Source of the DNA: Okamejei kenojei
Lineage: Eukaryota
Length of the DNA stretch: 64,000 nt
NCBI GenBank assembly: GCA_035221665.1
Contig: CM069145.1
Coordinates: 26,846,001 to 26,910,000 of the forward strand
Direction of reading: 5' to 3'
Shown piece after piece: positions 1-14,992 of the stretch. Under the pieces are notes generated by a model, which did not search any database, was not told where the DNA came from, and was given only the letters and a program-made list of their open reading frames with translations. Position numbers and translations under genes: made by a program. Positions within the stretch are counted from its first letter, which is position 1. Every line of letters starts with the position of its first letter.

Positions 1-2854
1 TCTGTCATATTATGTTAGTTTTTGAATTACTTTAAAAATAAATAACATTCTTGTTCCTAATTAATTTGGGTTGTTTTCCTGACAATCTAATATCTGCTGC
101 TGGAATCCACGATGCAAGCAATTTTAATCCTGTTGAAGCAAGATCAACATCCTGGGAAGTCACAATAATACACATTTTTATCAAAACCAGTGTAGATTAC
201 CCATATCTACTCAGATCTGACTTTCCATATCAATAAACCTTTTGGTCTCTTGAGCGAGATTGGTTATTTAATGCTGCTGATTATTTTGTATTGTACATGA
301 GTGGCCAGTCAAATCTGGACTGTAAGTTGCATTAATGTGTGCAAACATGGGCACGGTCACACGCAATATGGGGGCAGTGCGACAAGCAACTTTTGATTCC
401 ATTTGGAGATCATTTGGCCAGGATTCTTATTTAGAATAGTGTTGGGAGTTAGACGACTACCCAACTCTTTAAAATGTTAACACGTATCAGTGACGTAAAG
501 GTAGAGAGGTATTTGGTGCTCAAACAAAGAATCAGTCATTATTTATAAGCTTAATAATACAGGCATGTGTTGAACTTGGCTTAAGGCGCACCTCTCACTT
601 GGACCAATTGACTTTTGAGCCCTGGCAAGGAATTTAAAAGGGAATCAGATCGATTCCTGTCTCATCAGCGCGAGGTTAGTTTATCGGTTATATCAGATCA
701 GCTCCTGGTACTGCAGAGGAAGCTGGATGGCTAAGATTCTTTTACTGTTCACCAGCTCCTTAGGAAATAATCCAAACCCTTTAGCCTGCATTAGAACTGT
801 GATCCTTGCAAAGGAGGTAACTACAATTTTCTTATGTGCAAATGCATGATAAATTAAAGTTCTCGTGTGACTAAAACATGAGGTTTACTTAATATAACAT
901 GGACTTTGAAAGGAAATTTGGTGCATATCAAAGGAATCTCTTAAATGAGATGGACTGCAGTTGGATTGTGTTGGGGCCTAATTGACTGTTTTTTGTTAAT
1001 AAATGTTTCATTACAATCAAAATTAGTTTGTTGATGAAGGGGAAGAAACTGAATCATCATCTACTCTGCATTGTCCATGTGTCCTGTAACCTCATTATTA
1101 CAGTTGCAGGCGCCAATTAGAAGCAGGAGCGACTGTAGACAGTAAATAATTAGCAAAAGACCTCCTGCTGTTTGCTCACAGAATTTTGCAGCAAATTCTA
1201 TCCAAAGCATGGACTTACAGGAAGCTTGTGATGCCAGTGGACAAAGCCTTTTGCTGTAAAGCAGACTGTTGCGATTCAATTGCCTAAAATGCCCCGTGGC
1301 AATGTGATGAAATCTTCATGCTGAAGTTCAAGGTTTTGCATCTCGTTGGTTTCAACGGGAAGCTAATCTGTTTCTTTTTTAAGAAAAAGGAGCTTGTGGT
1401 AATTGTCGGCTGCCGGTCGTCACTTCTGTATCAAAAAGTAACAATATTAGTCCTGCAAATCCTGTACATCAAACATATTTTCCAAAATCTGCAGAACTTA
1501 TTGAGTAGCTTTAGAAAATGGGATGTTGTACACTTTGTATTCCACGTAATCAAAATGTAATCAGTAATTTAATGCCATAATGTCACGTTCAACAATTGTC
1601 TTAAAACTTTTATCTAAAGTATACTCATCCACCGTTTAAATAAACATGTAGCATTGTGTCAACGATGCACAATGACTGATGGAGCCGTGTAAATAGTAAG
1701 AAATGCTGGGTATTGCTACACGCAGGTGACTTTGTCTGGGTGACCTTCTATGGGTTATTGATTGGGGACGATCAGCCATGAAAGCCATCAAAGGGTCGAA
1801 TGGCCTCCTTCTGCACCTATTTTCTATGTTTCTATGGTAAAAGGGGGATATAAAGTGGGGGCATTCTCACATTTACTGTGAGACTTTAATCTCAGATTTT
1901 CAGTCCTCAGTTAGCAAGGAGTGAATTTGAATCACATACTTGCTTGCTCATGCAGTTACACATGACATGTAAAACCTCTATCTGTCCCAAATAAGGCAAA
2001 CTTGATGGTACCTTGAGCCATTGCCTTACTTCTGAACGTTATCTATTTCCATAAGTTATATCCATGTGTATGTGCACCCATTAATTTTGTAGTGCAATAA
2101 GATTGAGTTATTACAATTAATTTGATCTCATGGGGTGTTGCATAAAATATATTTGTAAATTTATGACCAATTTTATCTTCATTGAATTTGATCTCATGCA
2201 AAGTTGTCTATTCTATTTGTAATGGTGGGATTGGATGTAAGAGTATCATGAGCAAGTTTGATTGGAGTCAATAAAATAATCGAGAGACCAGGTATTTTGT
2301 TTCTCCTGCACATTAAGCAAAGCATCTCTCATTTTGTCCACAGTCATCCATCATTGTAAGTGGGCTGGTATTTTAATAATTTCTCTCCCCCAGGTGACCT
2401 TTTAGACTCTAATTCCTAGTTGAAGATAGTTCCTGTTTAATGGATTTCTGGTTTTGATGTGGTAAAAATAAGTATGTTTCTAAGAAATCAAAACTTGATT
2501 AATAAATAGTAACAGACATGATTGCTTTATAAGTCATTCAAATTGACTCCCTTTGTAACGATTCTCTTAAATTGATAACCAAAAGGAGATGACATGTATC
2601 AAAATAAAATCTGACTCAAACCATTCATCATCTAGTATAGGTCTCTTGATTTTTGGCACCACCTAATCTTCTTAAATATCCTCTGTTGAGGAATTAGCAG
2701 AAGGCTGTTAAATATCAAGCGTTTCCACACCCCCCCGCCCCAAAATATGCCCAAAAACCACTCCGCCTCCAGCTTGATACGTTAGTCTAAGTCACAGTTC
2801 ATTGGATGGTTACTCCTGTCTAACCCACTTCCCTTCCTGTTTTTCTTTTGGCAG

Positions 2855-2987
2855 TCTAACAAAGTACCTGTTGTGCAGCATCCGCATCATGTTCACCCGC
2901 TAACGCCGCTGATCACGTACAGCAATGAACACTTCACACCAGGTAACCCCCCACCACACTTACCAGCAGATGTGGACCCCAAAACAG
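2855..2987 (+). CDS. TCF7L2: TCF7L2 internal coding exon (human exon 6 equivalent, 133 nt)
   Basis: Pyrimidine tract and cag| acceptor, |gtaggt donor; encodes [44 protein letters not shown](G), the TCF7L2 context-regulatory region. Confidence 0.97.
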
Positions 2988-4827
2988 GTAGGTCAAGGAG
3001 TGGGGGGAGGCTTCACTGATAATGCTGTTTTCTTTCTGGATCAGTGTGCAATTCAGATGAAGTTCTTCCGAATATTGCTTTACCCAGAAGCCATTGGGGA
3101 AATCCATGTCTGCATTGGGATTAAGTGTTAAATGTTGTTTGAGCACTTGTTAATTTTCAATAATGTATAACTGCAATTTAATTCAATGTAAATGCTTCTG
3201 TGTTCACCAGAATCTTCCTTTTTGTAACTTTTCTAGGGACATGTTACTCACAGGTGGGGGGGAAAAAAAAACCCTTTAAATACAATTTCATGCCAGGCAC
3301 TGTTCCTGTTGCTTCCATGGGTCAGATGGTTTATAAATGAAAGGGCACTATTGGGCAATCTGCACAGTGGCTCAGATTCCAAACTTGCACTTGCTGACCA
3401 TGTTATTAGTGGAAATTGAACTTCAAGGGGAGTAAAACATATATTAGAAAGGAAATACTATATTTTTAGAGTCTGAACTGCTTGTCCAGCCCAAAACAAA
3501 ACATTTTTTCACACAATAAATTGACAAATCACTCAAATTAATTGCATTGTGACCACTGGACCAGAATAAAATACAATTTTAGCATGGTAAAGTTTGTTCA
3601 GTGGTTTAATGTGGCTCTTTATCATAGTTATGGGTATTGAAGTAATCTTATCGCTATTGGATGACCCTTAGACCCTCGTCAACTCCATCTGGGGACTGAC
3701 ATGTCAGTGCACGGATTCAAATCCAAAAACCAGCTTCATTTGTAGATGGTAGATTTTGTGCCCCTTAGCTGGGGAATGGTGGGGGGAAAGGAAGTAACAG
3801 AGTAGGGTTAGGGAAAAAGAAAAGGAGAGGGAATCATTAGTTTTCTTCTCCTGCACACTCGTACCTACAAAATATGCAAGTTGTAAAGGAATTTTCGGCG
3901 TTTAATGCCCTGTCTGACCTGAGTTTGTAAGTATAACTCGGGTAGTCTATTACACAGATCAATCACATCATCTGCCTAAAAGGCAGATGACCTGAATACA
4001 ACAAATTATGGGTATGAATTAATTTGCACGGTTTATTAAGTATGAATCCCTTCTAGAGTACACATTGCAGAGGTTGTATCATCAATCTCTATTTAAATGT
4101 AGAGAACGATGATATATGTGGGATGTAAAATTTGATCTCATTGGCTACTTTTCAATATGTTTATTTTTGCCCAGTCTCTGTAGCAACTATTCATATTGTG
4201 GTTTCAGGCTTCCTGTCACAGAATTTAGAAAACTAATTTGAATGTCCAGCTTAATTTGAGTTCCATGATAAAATTCCTGTTTATCCAATTTTGGAGAATT
4301 ATTATGAACGTCGTTAGTATTAGCTTTATCTTTTTTTAATAAAATTAATTAATTAAGCATCTCAACGTGTCATTTATAACTTGCAAAATGTTAGCAGTTT
4401 ACAAAATGGTATCCTTTTCATGATCTGTGTACAGACCAGCTATTACACGTAGGTAAAATATTGGAGGTATGGCTGGTATTTTTACACTTATACACTTAAT
4501 TTTATACAGAGCTCAGATTTAGCTGCTGGTTTGTAGCAATGTGCATTAGTTGACAGATACATCTTCCTATTGATTTGCAGGCAAGTTGATGCACGCATGT
4601 TCAGCGCTGTCTATCTGGCATTGATGATTTGGCATACCAATATTGATGATTATCCTCAACCATATAGCAGTACCAGTAGAATGGAAAGAGCCCTTAGAAC
4701 CTTCAGTGGTCTCCTTTTATCTCATTAGTATTTTGTGCAAGGTTACCTTCAGAAATGTTCTATGCTTGCACAAATTTTGGAAGCTGTGCTGAAGTGAGAT
4801 GCTTATTGTTTGTGTACTGCTTTCCTG

Positions 4828-5460
4828 AAAGTGGCATCACAGGTAGATAGGGTGGCAAAGAAGGTCTTGGAATGCTGGCCTTCATCAGTTCTGGAATTCA
4901 GTACAGAGGTTACAATGTTAGTTCCAGTTGTGCAAGATGTGGGTGGGGCTACACCATGAGTATTGGTGTACAGTTTTGGTCACCTTGCTATGAGAAAGAT
5001 GCAATTGAGCTGGAAAGGGTTCAGAGAAAAATTACAAATTTGGTGTCTGGACTAAAAAAACCTGACCTATAGATAAATATTGGGTAGGTCAAGGGTTTAT
5101 TCTTTTGAGTGCAGGATGTTGAGGGATGATCCTTTCGAGGGGTATAAAATCATAAGAGAAATAGATATGGTGAATGCACAGTCTTTTATCCAGGATAGGG
5201 AAATCAAGGATAAGTTGAAGGTGGGAGGGGAAATATTGAATAGGGGCAATTTTACACGCTGTGGTGATGGGTATATGGAAGGAGCTGCCAGAGGAAGTAG
5301 CGGAGGCAAGTATAATATAATTTAAAAGACATTTAGATACTTTGATAGGAAAGATTTGGAGAGGCATGGGCATGGTGAGACCAAATGGACTAGCCTAGAT
5401 GGGGCATTGTGGTTAGCATGGACGAGGTGGCTGATTTTTTTCATGCTGATGCATGACTCG
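4828..5460 (+). mobile_element. CR1 (HER1-like) LINE 3' fragment
   Basis: RT C-terminal remnants VQFWSPCYEKDAIELERVQRKIT and RMLRDD..YKII, followed by a CR1-type 3' UTR. Confidence 0.85.
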
Positions 5461-5944
5461 TCAGAATTTTTATCCTATCATCAGATACCCTTATTGGGTA
5501 AATCCTAAAAAGTGTTAAGTTATTGATATAAAAAAAGTTCCTTTGCCGTTAAGAATATTTCTTGGCCAGGCTATCCAAGATCCCATCCAGTAATGGATTC
5601 TCCACCTGGTGAACATTACCATCTTAGTGCAATATCAGCCACTGAACTGAGCCATCACGCCAGCGGCAATAAGGAGATCCTTCCTCTTGTTAAATGGCAG
5701 TGGGAGAGGTGAGCATTAATATTGATGGCAGATCAGGAAGTAAGTTAAAACTGCTTTTGTATTTGAACTAGAAAACGTGGTAATTTTGCTAACTCTTTAT
5801 CCTTACTGAGGCTTACTAATTTTCTTTCCCTCGGGAAATTCATTAATTTTTATTTGTTGGTCATATCAAACCAGCTAGGTTGAACTTGGTCACTGGAGCT
5901 ACCTCACCAGCTGATTAGCCAATTCTTTCGCCAAGTTTTATTTT

Positions 5945-6740
5945 GTAACTGATGGAAAATTGGCCAGAATATTGGCAGATGGGATTTAATCCCAACAAAT
6001 GCGAGGTGATGCATTTTGGGAAGTTAAATTAAGGTAGGGCATATGATGGAATTCCAAAGAATGTTGGTGAACAGAGAGATTTTGGGCTTCAGGTTTCCTG
6101 ATAATAGCAATACAGTTAGATCAGATGGTGAAGACTGCATTTGGCATGCTTGCCTTCATAGGTCGAGACATAGAATATATAAAATGGGGTGTTATGTTGT
6201 AACTTCACAAAGCACTGTTTAGACTACATATAGATTATTGTACAGTTCTGCTCACCATACTATGTGAAGGATGTGATTGTGTTGAAAAGAGTGCAGAGGA
6301 GACAAGCCATGATGTTGCTTGGATTGGGGGACTTCAGTTATGGATGAGATTGGATAGGATGACATGTTCTCCCTGAAGCAAGGGAGGCTGAGGGATGATC
6401 TGATGGGTATAGAAAGTTATAAGGCCAAATAGTCACACAAAAAAATTCCCATGGCAGAGGTATCAAGCATTGGGAGATGGGTTTAAGGTGAGAGAGGAGT
6501 TTTATGGCGGTACATTTCATCACACAGAGAATGGTTGACATCTGGAATGCACTGCCAAAGGAGATGGTGAAATCAGATATAATCATTGTGGTTAGATGGA
6601 ATTTACAGACACTTGAAGAGGTATGGTTTGGAGGATATGGACCTAACGCAAACAAATAGGATTGGTGTTGAGGTTCAATGCAGGTCGGTTGAACATGGTT
6701 GAAGAAAGAAAGGCCCATTTCTTTGCTTATTGACTTTCTG
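5945..6740 (+). mobile_element. CR1 LINE 3' fragment
   Basis: WQMGFNPNKCEVMHFG motif (tggcagatgggatttaatcccaacaaatgcgaggtgatgcattttggg), then decayed RT tail and 3' UTR. Confidence 0.85.
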
Positions 6741-7149
6741 GCACTCTATTTTCCCACATTCAGTCATCCTTTTATCCTGTGTCTTAGTGCAGGAGAATTT
6801 TGTCATATACCCAGTCTATATCCTACCACAATAGCTTTGCCTTTGAACAAGCTACTGTGTTTGTTAATCAGTTGATCAGCGTTGGATTTGAGCATATGGG
6901 CAGGAAGCTATTGAAAAGTCTGATGCACGTTCAGCTTATTAGTTGTTTCCAAGGGAGCTGAAAATCTCATGGAGGAGATTTAATCTTCATAGACCAAAGA
7001 AGGTAGAAATAGCTAATATCATGTGCTAGAAATATTTCCATACATTCTGATGAAATGGTGTCCAGAAAATAAATCTGGAACCTTGTGCCATGGTGTCAGA
7101 ACAACAACTCGCCCTAAACAACAGCAAAATTAAATAATTGATTGTTGGT

Positions 7150-7700
7150 CTAAGTAAGTGGAGGCAGTGGGGTGATACGCACTAGACACAGTCTGTTCCC
7201 ATCAGTGGTGCTGCAGTAGAGGTGATCGACAGCTTAAATAATCATCCATATCATCCGCAATCTATCTTGGTCCTTTCACACTGATGTGGTGATGAAACCA
7301 GCATGCCAGCATATTTATTTTTCTTAGGCGTCCGACGGGAATTTGGTCTGTCCATGAGGATTCTTTGAACTTCTGCCGATCAATATAGAAACTATTTGGC
7401 GGGTTGCATCTCTGCCTGGTATCGCAGCTGCTCTGTTCTTGATCACCTAAACCAGCAAAGAATGATGAACACAGTCCAGTCCATTACAGGCTCATCACTT
7501 TCTTCTGTCTAGTCCATCTCCATGGTGTTTTGCGTAGGGAAGGCTGGACGTACTGTCATCCTATTTGCCATCCTGGCCATTCCTTTCTCTCTCTTCTACT
7601 TTCTGGGGGAGAGAGAGATCCCAGATCAGACTTAAGAGCAGCATCAGACTCCTGAAGCGATCTCCTCTTTCACACTTCATTCCTTGAGGTATTGCGACAT
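7150..7700 (+). mobile_element. Rex1/Babar-like LINE fragment, highly decayed
   Basis: Similar to the 60.8-62.4 kb copy (tttatttttcttaggcgtcc..ggaatttgg; tgcatctctgcctggtat). Confidence 0.55.
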
Positions 7701-10700
7701 ATTTGTAACTCTTCCTCATTCGGTTATTTAGTTGTAGCATCTTATTATTTGTTTTTATTATTTAAACTGCACTATTGTTGCACCATTCTATACTGATCAT
7801 TGTACGTACCACTGTCTTTATTGCTGTGCTTATCGTTACCATGTATACTATTTACTCTGAGCTTGTGTGAACAAGGAATTTCACTGCACACTGGTATTCG
7901 TAAGTTTCCCCCTGCGGAGATCCCAACTGCATTTCGTTGTCTCTGTATTGTACACTGCACAATGACAATTAAAGATTGAATTGAATTGAATTTAATATAT
8001 GACAATGTACTAATCTGAATCTTAGGTATAATTGGAGAGTACAGGTACATCAGAAGGCAGTTGAGGTGGGGAAAATTAAACCAATGGAGTCAGACATGGA
8101 AGGGCATAGAAACAAATAAGGATGTTTAAAATTGTGGCTTTGCTGAATCGACTCGTACAGTGATAAAAAATCTATTCAAGAGGTAGAGGAGTCACTATTA
8201 TGGGCAACCCCTCACATCATCTGGGGTGGGGGGTGGGGGGAAATGAATTATGTTCCTAGAAAAATGTCAACATTGATGCAAGCTGCAACATCCGCACATG
8301 CTTCAAGAAATGCTAGGTTTTTTTTTAAAGTACATTTTGTGTTTGTTTATTTGTGCTTTTGTACACCTTTCATGAGAGCGAATTTTCTCTCAACTTTTTG
8401 GGTGCTGATTTTTTAATTCTGTGAGGGTAAACCTCCTTAAGCCGAATTGCTATAATGCAGGAGATGCCTGTAAATTTATTATCAAAAAGGTGAAATATCA
8501 GAAGACTGGTAGATAGTTTGCTGCATATCAGTATTTAGGAAAGGAGATGGAAGATTTTACGTGGACTAATGTGTCTTAACATTGGTGGCAGGAACTGCAA
8601 TAGAAACCGCTATTGTATAAAAAATGGGGCGGGGGGAGGGGGGACATGAAAGCAAGAAAGGAGTACAATGAATTTAAACCCAAGATCATACAAATGGAAT
8701 AAACTTTCTGAGATCAGCAACATTGATTTGTAGAATAAAATTACATATAATTTTATTCAGCGGTGAAGCCTATTGCCTATTACATTCTCAGTTTGGAGCC
8801 AATGTAGGTCAGAGCATCCATGGATGAGTGGGTTATGGAGAAAGTTAAAACACAGGCAGCAGAGTTTGAAGTGGCCTCGTGTTTATAGAGAGTAGAAAGT
8901 AGGAGTGCTTTGCAGTCATCAACAAAAGGACCTAGGGGGTTTCAGTGGCAGATGAGTTGAGGCAGGGCTGAAGTTGATTGATGTAGGACATCGGAGAAAT
9001 TATAACAATCATGGTCTTGCACCTGAATTGTTAATACCATTTCTCTTTCCACAGATGCCGCCTGACTTGCTGAGTGTTTCCAGCATTTTGGGGTTTTATT
9101 TCAGATTTGTGGTAGCTGCTGCAATGTTTATATTATTATTGTCATTTGCTAGCAAATTGGCAATTGGTTCAGATTGTTGCCAAGGAGAGGAGTGCATAAA
9201 TAGTTTGTGACATTTGCTCTTTATGTAAGACAGTTATGTTCACCTGACTCGAACATAATAAAAATGAGTTGGTAGGGAGTGATGCTGAGTTGCGTATCAG
9301 CGTGGTTTTACTGCTAAGGGTTTAAAAAAAATCCTTTTAAACGAGGGATAAGAATTGGCTGCTTTACGTAATTTGTGAAACATGTATTGCGGTCACCAGG
9401 TTAGTTTAGCTTGTTGTGTGCTGATTAGTCCATTCCCTTCTCCACGGACACCAATTGTTTGTTTTGTTTACTTTAATGTTTAAAACATCGGCATTGCCAG
9501 TATCCATTTTGTATTGTTTCTTGGCATATACTTCATTTAACTTGGTGTGAGCATCATTGTTCATGTCTCTGTGAAGTGCCCATTCCTCGGTAAATGTGAC
9601 ATTGGCATTTCACAAGCTTGTTGTTCTTTGGTGCCAGTTTAACTTCTGTTTCATGCTCGAGTTTGATGCAAGAAACCCTGTGTAAGTGAGGTTAAACCAC
9701 CTTTCAACATTGCTTTAAAGAGCCTGGGTCATTTGATCTTGCATGTGTACACCCCACACAGTCAAATGCATCATCATGCAATGTGAAGATTCCTGTGTAT
9801 ATCTGACTCGATCAGCTCTTATTTTACACACATTCATTTTTAGGAAATTGATTTGAAATGAGTTAATTGTTAAATAGCATACAGGCCTTTTCCATGAACA
9901 GCGTACACATCATAATATCAGAGAAGCAACTTGTAAGAGACCTGGTGGCTAACTAATTCTGCAATTAATTTTGTTTAAATGGGGATTTCTGTGGGATTAT
10001 GGGGGGACAAAGGTCAGATTAATTGTATGGGTGAAGCTTTAACTCATTCCACAATTCCACACATAAGTATGAAACCAAGATGTCGTATTTCAAGATGCAC
10101 TGTAGTGTGTACTGTGCTATAACAAATACTTGCACTTTTACTGCTATAAATGTTCTAAAGCTGAAAGGATACCATAATTTATACTGGTCACAGATACTTT
10201 AGCACAGCATACAATTTGACCTCCAATTTGGCTTACCCATGCCATTCGTAATGCATTGATAAAGTAGACCTCTGATCCAATCAGTGGCAGTATATTGCTA
10301 GGTTCTGTTTCATTGGTGATGGTAGGAAAGTTACTGCCAGTGTTGTTTGAATCCTCTTCCAGAAGATACCATGGAATAACTTCCTTGTGTTCTTCACTTG
10401 ACAATGCACCAGGTCATCACTGTGTATTTTAAGCACCATGTCTGGCGGCAATGGCCTTCAATTATAATAATTAAGAATTGTAAATAAGTGTCTATGTTAG
10501 TGTTAAAGCCATAGATCAGGGTCCAACACCAACTGTGGCAAACCACATTTGAAACACTGTTCTAGTTGTGGCTACGTGAATCTTTTGTTAAAACGGAGTG
10601 GAAAACTGAGACTGACATATTTGTGAGGAAGAGAAAGAATGCAATTTATTTAGTGCCTTGCTCAAACTCTGTTCAGGCAGTGAAGTAAATCATGTGGTGT

Positions 10701-12696
10701 GGATACTATTGTAATACAAGACATAGCAAGCAATTTGGAATAATGATCCGTTCCTCTGTTTTTTGTTGTTGGATTGGACATCAGGGAGTTCTTGGAATTG
10801 CATCAGCCTAGAGGGCATGTTGGTTTTGTGTTTCTTTTGAACATCACACCTCCAGAAGTGTAGAACTCTGTGCTGTAATGAAAGTTGAATTATGTACACA
10901 AGTGGACTGGACCTCTATCCACGTCTATTGATTTGGAGGCGAGAGTGCTGCCAGTATAATTAGTATTATATGACAAACTGATGCTTCAAGGAGCCATTGT
11001 CCATAAACAGTGGTTTTGGGTTAACTTGTACTATCCTCCTCCATATCCCTTTTAGTTATCATTGGCCAGATAATAACTTGCTCAAATGAATATTCCTTCT
11101 GCATGTGACTGGGTGATAGACATTTGTATTTGTGGCATGTCACAATTGAGACTGAACCTATTCTCCATTGTTCACATTTACTTGCCAGCAGGGATCATTG
11201 GATGGTGATCCCGGGAAATACTGCTGGCTGATTAGCGCCAGTCCACAGCGGGACTTTTGAGGAGAACAGGTAGCATGTGTCCATTGCTCCCCTGAAACTA
11301 AGGCAAGACTGAGACTTTCAACGTGATTGCCTGTGACTCCGTACCACAGCAAGCATCGTCTAATTCCCCTGGGCCATGGAGGAAGCTGCTTTAATCTAGT
11401 TAAAACCTCCCCGTTATGATGCAGCTCACCCCATATGTTTTCTCGCTCCCTGGTTCTTTTATCCGTCCTTGCCTACATACATTTTCCTTTCACAGACATG
11501 CTTCTTTTCACATTTCTTTCTGCTTTAAAAAATCAAAATAAAAAAATCAACTCCAGGCTGAGAATGATTAAATCATAATCTTAAATCTAATGACACATAA
11601 GACAGCTACTGTGGAAGCATTGTAAAATGTATATTGTGGCTTTAAATGAAAACTCCAGAGAGGGAAACCATCATTTGTTGCAACTAATTAAGCCATTTTC
11701 TGCCTGCATGATAAATAAGTGCCCTAACCGTTTTCATATCAATAATTAACACTGCACAGGGGCTGTCAAATTGAATTTCGAACATTTATTCTGGCCTCAT
11801 GTGGCCTTGACTGCCCTGGCTGCACCCAGGTGAACATTACCATGTTACAAATTGTGCTGTTTAATAATACCACACGAGTGGAGGATGCTGAATTGTTTGT
11901 GGGAAAATGTGGTTTATTTCACTTGTTGACCCTTTCTTAGGCGCAGGGATTTGTTTGCGCGGGGGGGGGGGGGGGTGGGGGCTAAACGGCTTCATAGCAC
12001 ACAATGTTTAAATCAGGTAGCTTGATAGTGTACAAATGCACAGTCTTAATAGCTAACGATGCACAGTATGTGAATTAAAACACGTGATAGTGTATGGTGC
12101 ACAATATGTTAAACCAGTAGCAGACCTGGAATATAACGGCACTGAGGTGATTTTAGATCCTTGACAATGCAAAAAGGCTAAATAATTTGAGGGGATCATT
12201 TTACAACTTGATAACTTGATTCAGTGCAAGGAATTGACTGGGGATACTCATCATGATATAGCATTCGGCATTGTATTACTTGTCCAATAAGTATGTCGTT
12301 CTAATTTTCTTGCCAGACCTCTGGGTCTCAGATTCCTTGATTTTGTTTGTCCTATTTCCATACCTTAATTGTGAATTGTGCTGCAGATTCACGGCTGTTT
12401 TGCCAATGTTCAATGTTTTGCACAATTCAGACTTTTCCGTGGTAATGTGGCTTGATATTGGAGGTAACTTAGTTGGAGTGTCAACCTGTTACAGTTGGGT
12501 ATTTAGTCTATTTAGTGTCAGTCTTTAGTCTATGGCAGCCCAGTTAATTGTAATGTGGAAGAAATTATTTGAAAAGCAACTTCATGATAATGAGTATTGT
12601 AGATGCTGGAAATCTGAAATAAAAATGGTAAATACTCGCAGCAGACAACAGGAAGGGTCTCAGACCTGAAAAGTTAAACCTGCTTCTCTCTCATAG

Positions 12697-13000
12697 TTTT
12701 AGACTTTTGAAATACAGCGTGGAAACGGGTCCTTTGGCCCACTGAGCACACGTCGACCAGCGATCACCCCGTACACTAACTAGCACTATCCTTCACACTC
12801 GGGACAATTTACAATTTTAGCAAAGACGATTAAATTACAAACCTGTGCATTTTTGGAGTGTGGGAGGAAACTGGAGCACCCGGAAAAAACCCACGTGGAC
12901 ACAGGGAGAACATACAAACTCCATACAGACAGCAAGGGTAGTCATGATGAAACCCAGGACTCTCTGGCACTGTAAGGCAGCAATTCTGCCACTGTTCCAC
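12697..13000 (-). mobile_element. HE1-like tRNA-derived V-SINE
   Basis: Minus strand: tRNA-like head, V-domain TGTATGGAGTTTGTATGTTCTCCCTGTG..CTCCAGTTTCCTCCCACACTCCAAA, CR1-type tail. Confidence 0.85.
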
Positions 13001-14756
13001 CCCATTGCCAGATGCTGCCTGACCTGCTGAATGTTTCCTCCATTTTCTGTCCCTTTTTCCATGTGTTTCTAAAAACAAAATATTGCTTTATATATAGCTA
13101 GAAATCTGAAATTGAAACTGAAAATGCTGTCAATGAACAGCTGGTCAGGCAAGAAAGTAGAGGGGGGAAAATACAACTAACACTTCATGTTGATAACCTT
13201 TCATCCGAGTAGGGCAGAAAAAATGCCTCGGGGGGGGGGTGGGGGGGGGGGGGGGGGGGGGGGGGCGGGGAGGGGGGGGGGGGGGGGGGGAATAAAGAGG
13301 TGCATTCAGAAGATGGGTAATTGGGAATAGTGGAATTACTAGCTGAATTGATTGAACGTTGTAAGTCCTGTTGTAAGATGAGATGCTGTTCCTTGATATT
13401 TTATTAAGATGCTTTTGGAAGTGAAACTGATTACAAAGTTGTAACGCCATTTAAACAATGGTACTTGTGAATCTGTAGCTCCAGGCAGGTGTCATCAGCA
13501 AATTTAGGCTTGGTTTTGCATCTAATCATGTACTAGAATCTACTAGAATAATTTTAATGTGCGATGCACATATTTAAAAAAAATGAGCATAAAAATGCAG
13601 TGATGGTGGGCAGGATTTGAATGGCATCAAATTAAGAATGATATATGGTTAATGAAAAGGTTTTTTTTCTCCACAGTAGGGGCAAAGCTTCAGACTAGTT
13701 TATTTATATATATACCAGGGTGCAATGACATTCCCTGTTCACATAAAGCTCACAGAGTAACGGTATGCATACTGTAATGATAAATGCAACGACATGTGCA
13801 AGAATTATAGTGCAAAAGAAAATTAAAGTACTATAACAGATAACCAAATAACGTAGACAGAGAATGTGGCAGCACCTCTCGGAATGGGGTGTGAAAGAGG
13901 GGATTAATTGAGGAGTGGGATGTGAGTAGGAAAGGGGAATAGGATGTCCCAATCGTGGAGAAGGATTGGCATTTGTGTTGCATGTAGCTACGAGTCATTG
14001 GATATGTACCAATAAGATAGGATGTTAGTAAAGCTGTGGGAAACCAATCCTATATTAATGCAGGCTGTGAACAGCAAGCCCCAAGTGACTTAAGGTAGTT
14101 ATAGACCACTACATATTTGAAATAAAGGCTTATTTTAAATATTACTGATAATTAATACGTGGAAGCTAAGAATGTGGATTGCAGGGAGAAACAGCTGCAT
14201 CTTTTAGTTTTAAAAGTGTAGGTTATTTTGGTATATGTGCCTCTTTCCGGCACCTGCCCAGCCTATTGGCAAATTGGACAGAGAAATTGTCCCCCTGATA
14301 GTCATTGCTTATATCTTGTATGCGATGATGCCTTAAACGTACATAGCACCTTTTTTTTCATACTCCCTGATAGTTATAGCATCAATTACAACTCATGGCC
14401 TTTATGGTCCATGTACTGCAAACCAGAGAGAAGTGGCCAGAAACCAGACTGAATGGTCCTTGAAGGGACATGATTTAATTCTGGCTGGGCATCTCTGCTG
14501 TATAGAGTGCAGGTGGGCACTCCCCAACACTGTTTCTCTTGCCTCTCCACAACCTGCTCTCCCCGCAGCTATGACTATTTCCACCCCCATTCTCTGAGTG
14601 TGTTGAATTTGCTGCTATTGGTAAAAGTGTGATTTGACTTTAACAGAAGAAAACCATAAAAGCAAGCTTTTAAAGTGCGGTGTCCTAATTTAGTGACTGC
14701 ATTTTTAAAAAAAATAGCACCCATTTGATATTATGGCAAATTAGCCACCTTTTTTT

Positions 14757-14992
14757 AGACAATTGACAATAGGTGCAGGAGTAGGCCATTCGGCCCTTTA
14801 AGCCAGCACCGCCATTCACTGTGATCATGGCTGATCATCCACAATCAGTACCCCGTTCCTGCCTTCTCCCCATATCCCGTGACTAGGCTATCTTAAAGAG
14901 CTCTAACTCTCTCTTGAAAGCATCCATAGAATTGGCCTCCACTGCCTTTTTGAGGCAGAGTATTCCACAGATACACAACTCTCTGCGTGAAA
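14757..14992 (-). mobile_element. CR1 LINE 3' end
   Basis: Minus strand VVYLWNTLPQKAVEA remnant and tail ..GGCCGAATGGCCTACTCCTGCACCTATTGTC. Confidence 0.85.

Noticed and set aside
13229-13290. Long poly-G run (similar runs at ~11961, ~22770, ~29859, ~59146)
   Set aside because: Simple homopolymers, often inside repeats and error-prone in assemblies; G-quadruplex function unsupported
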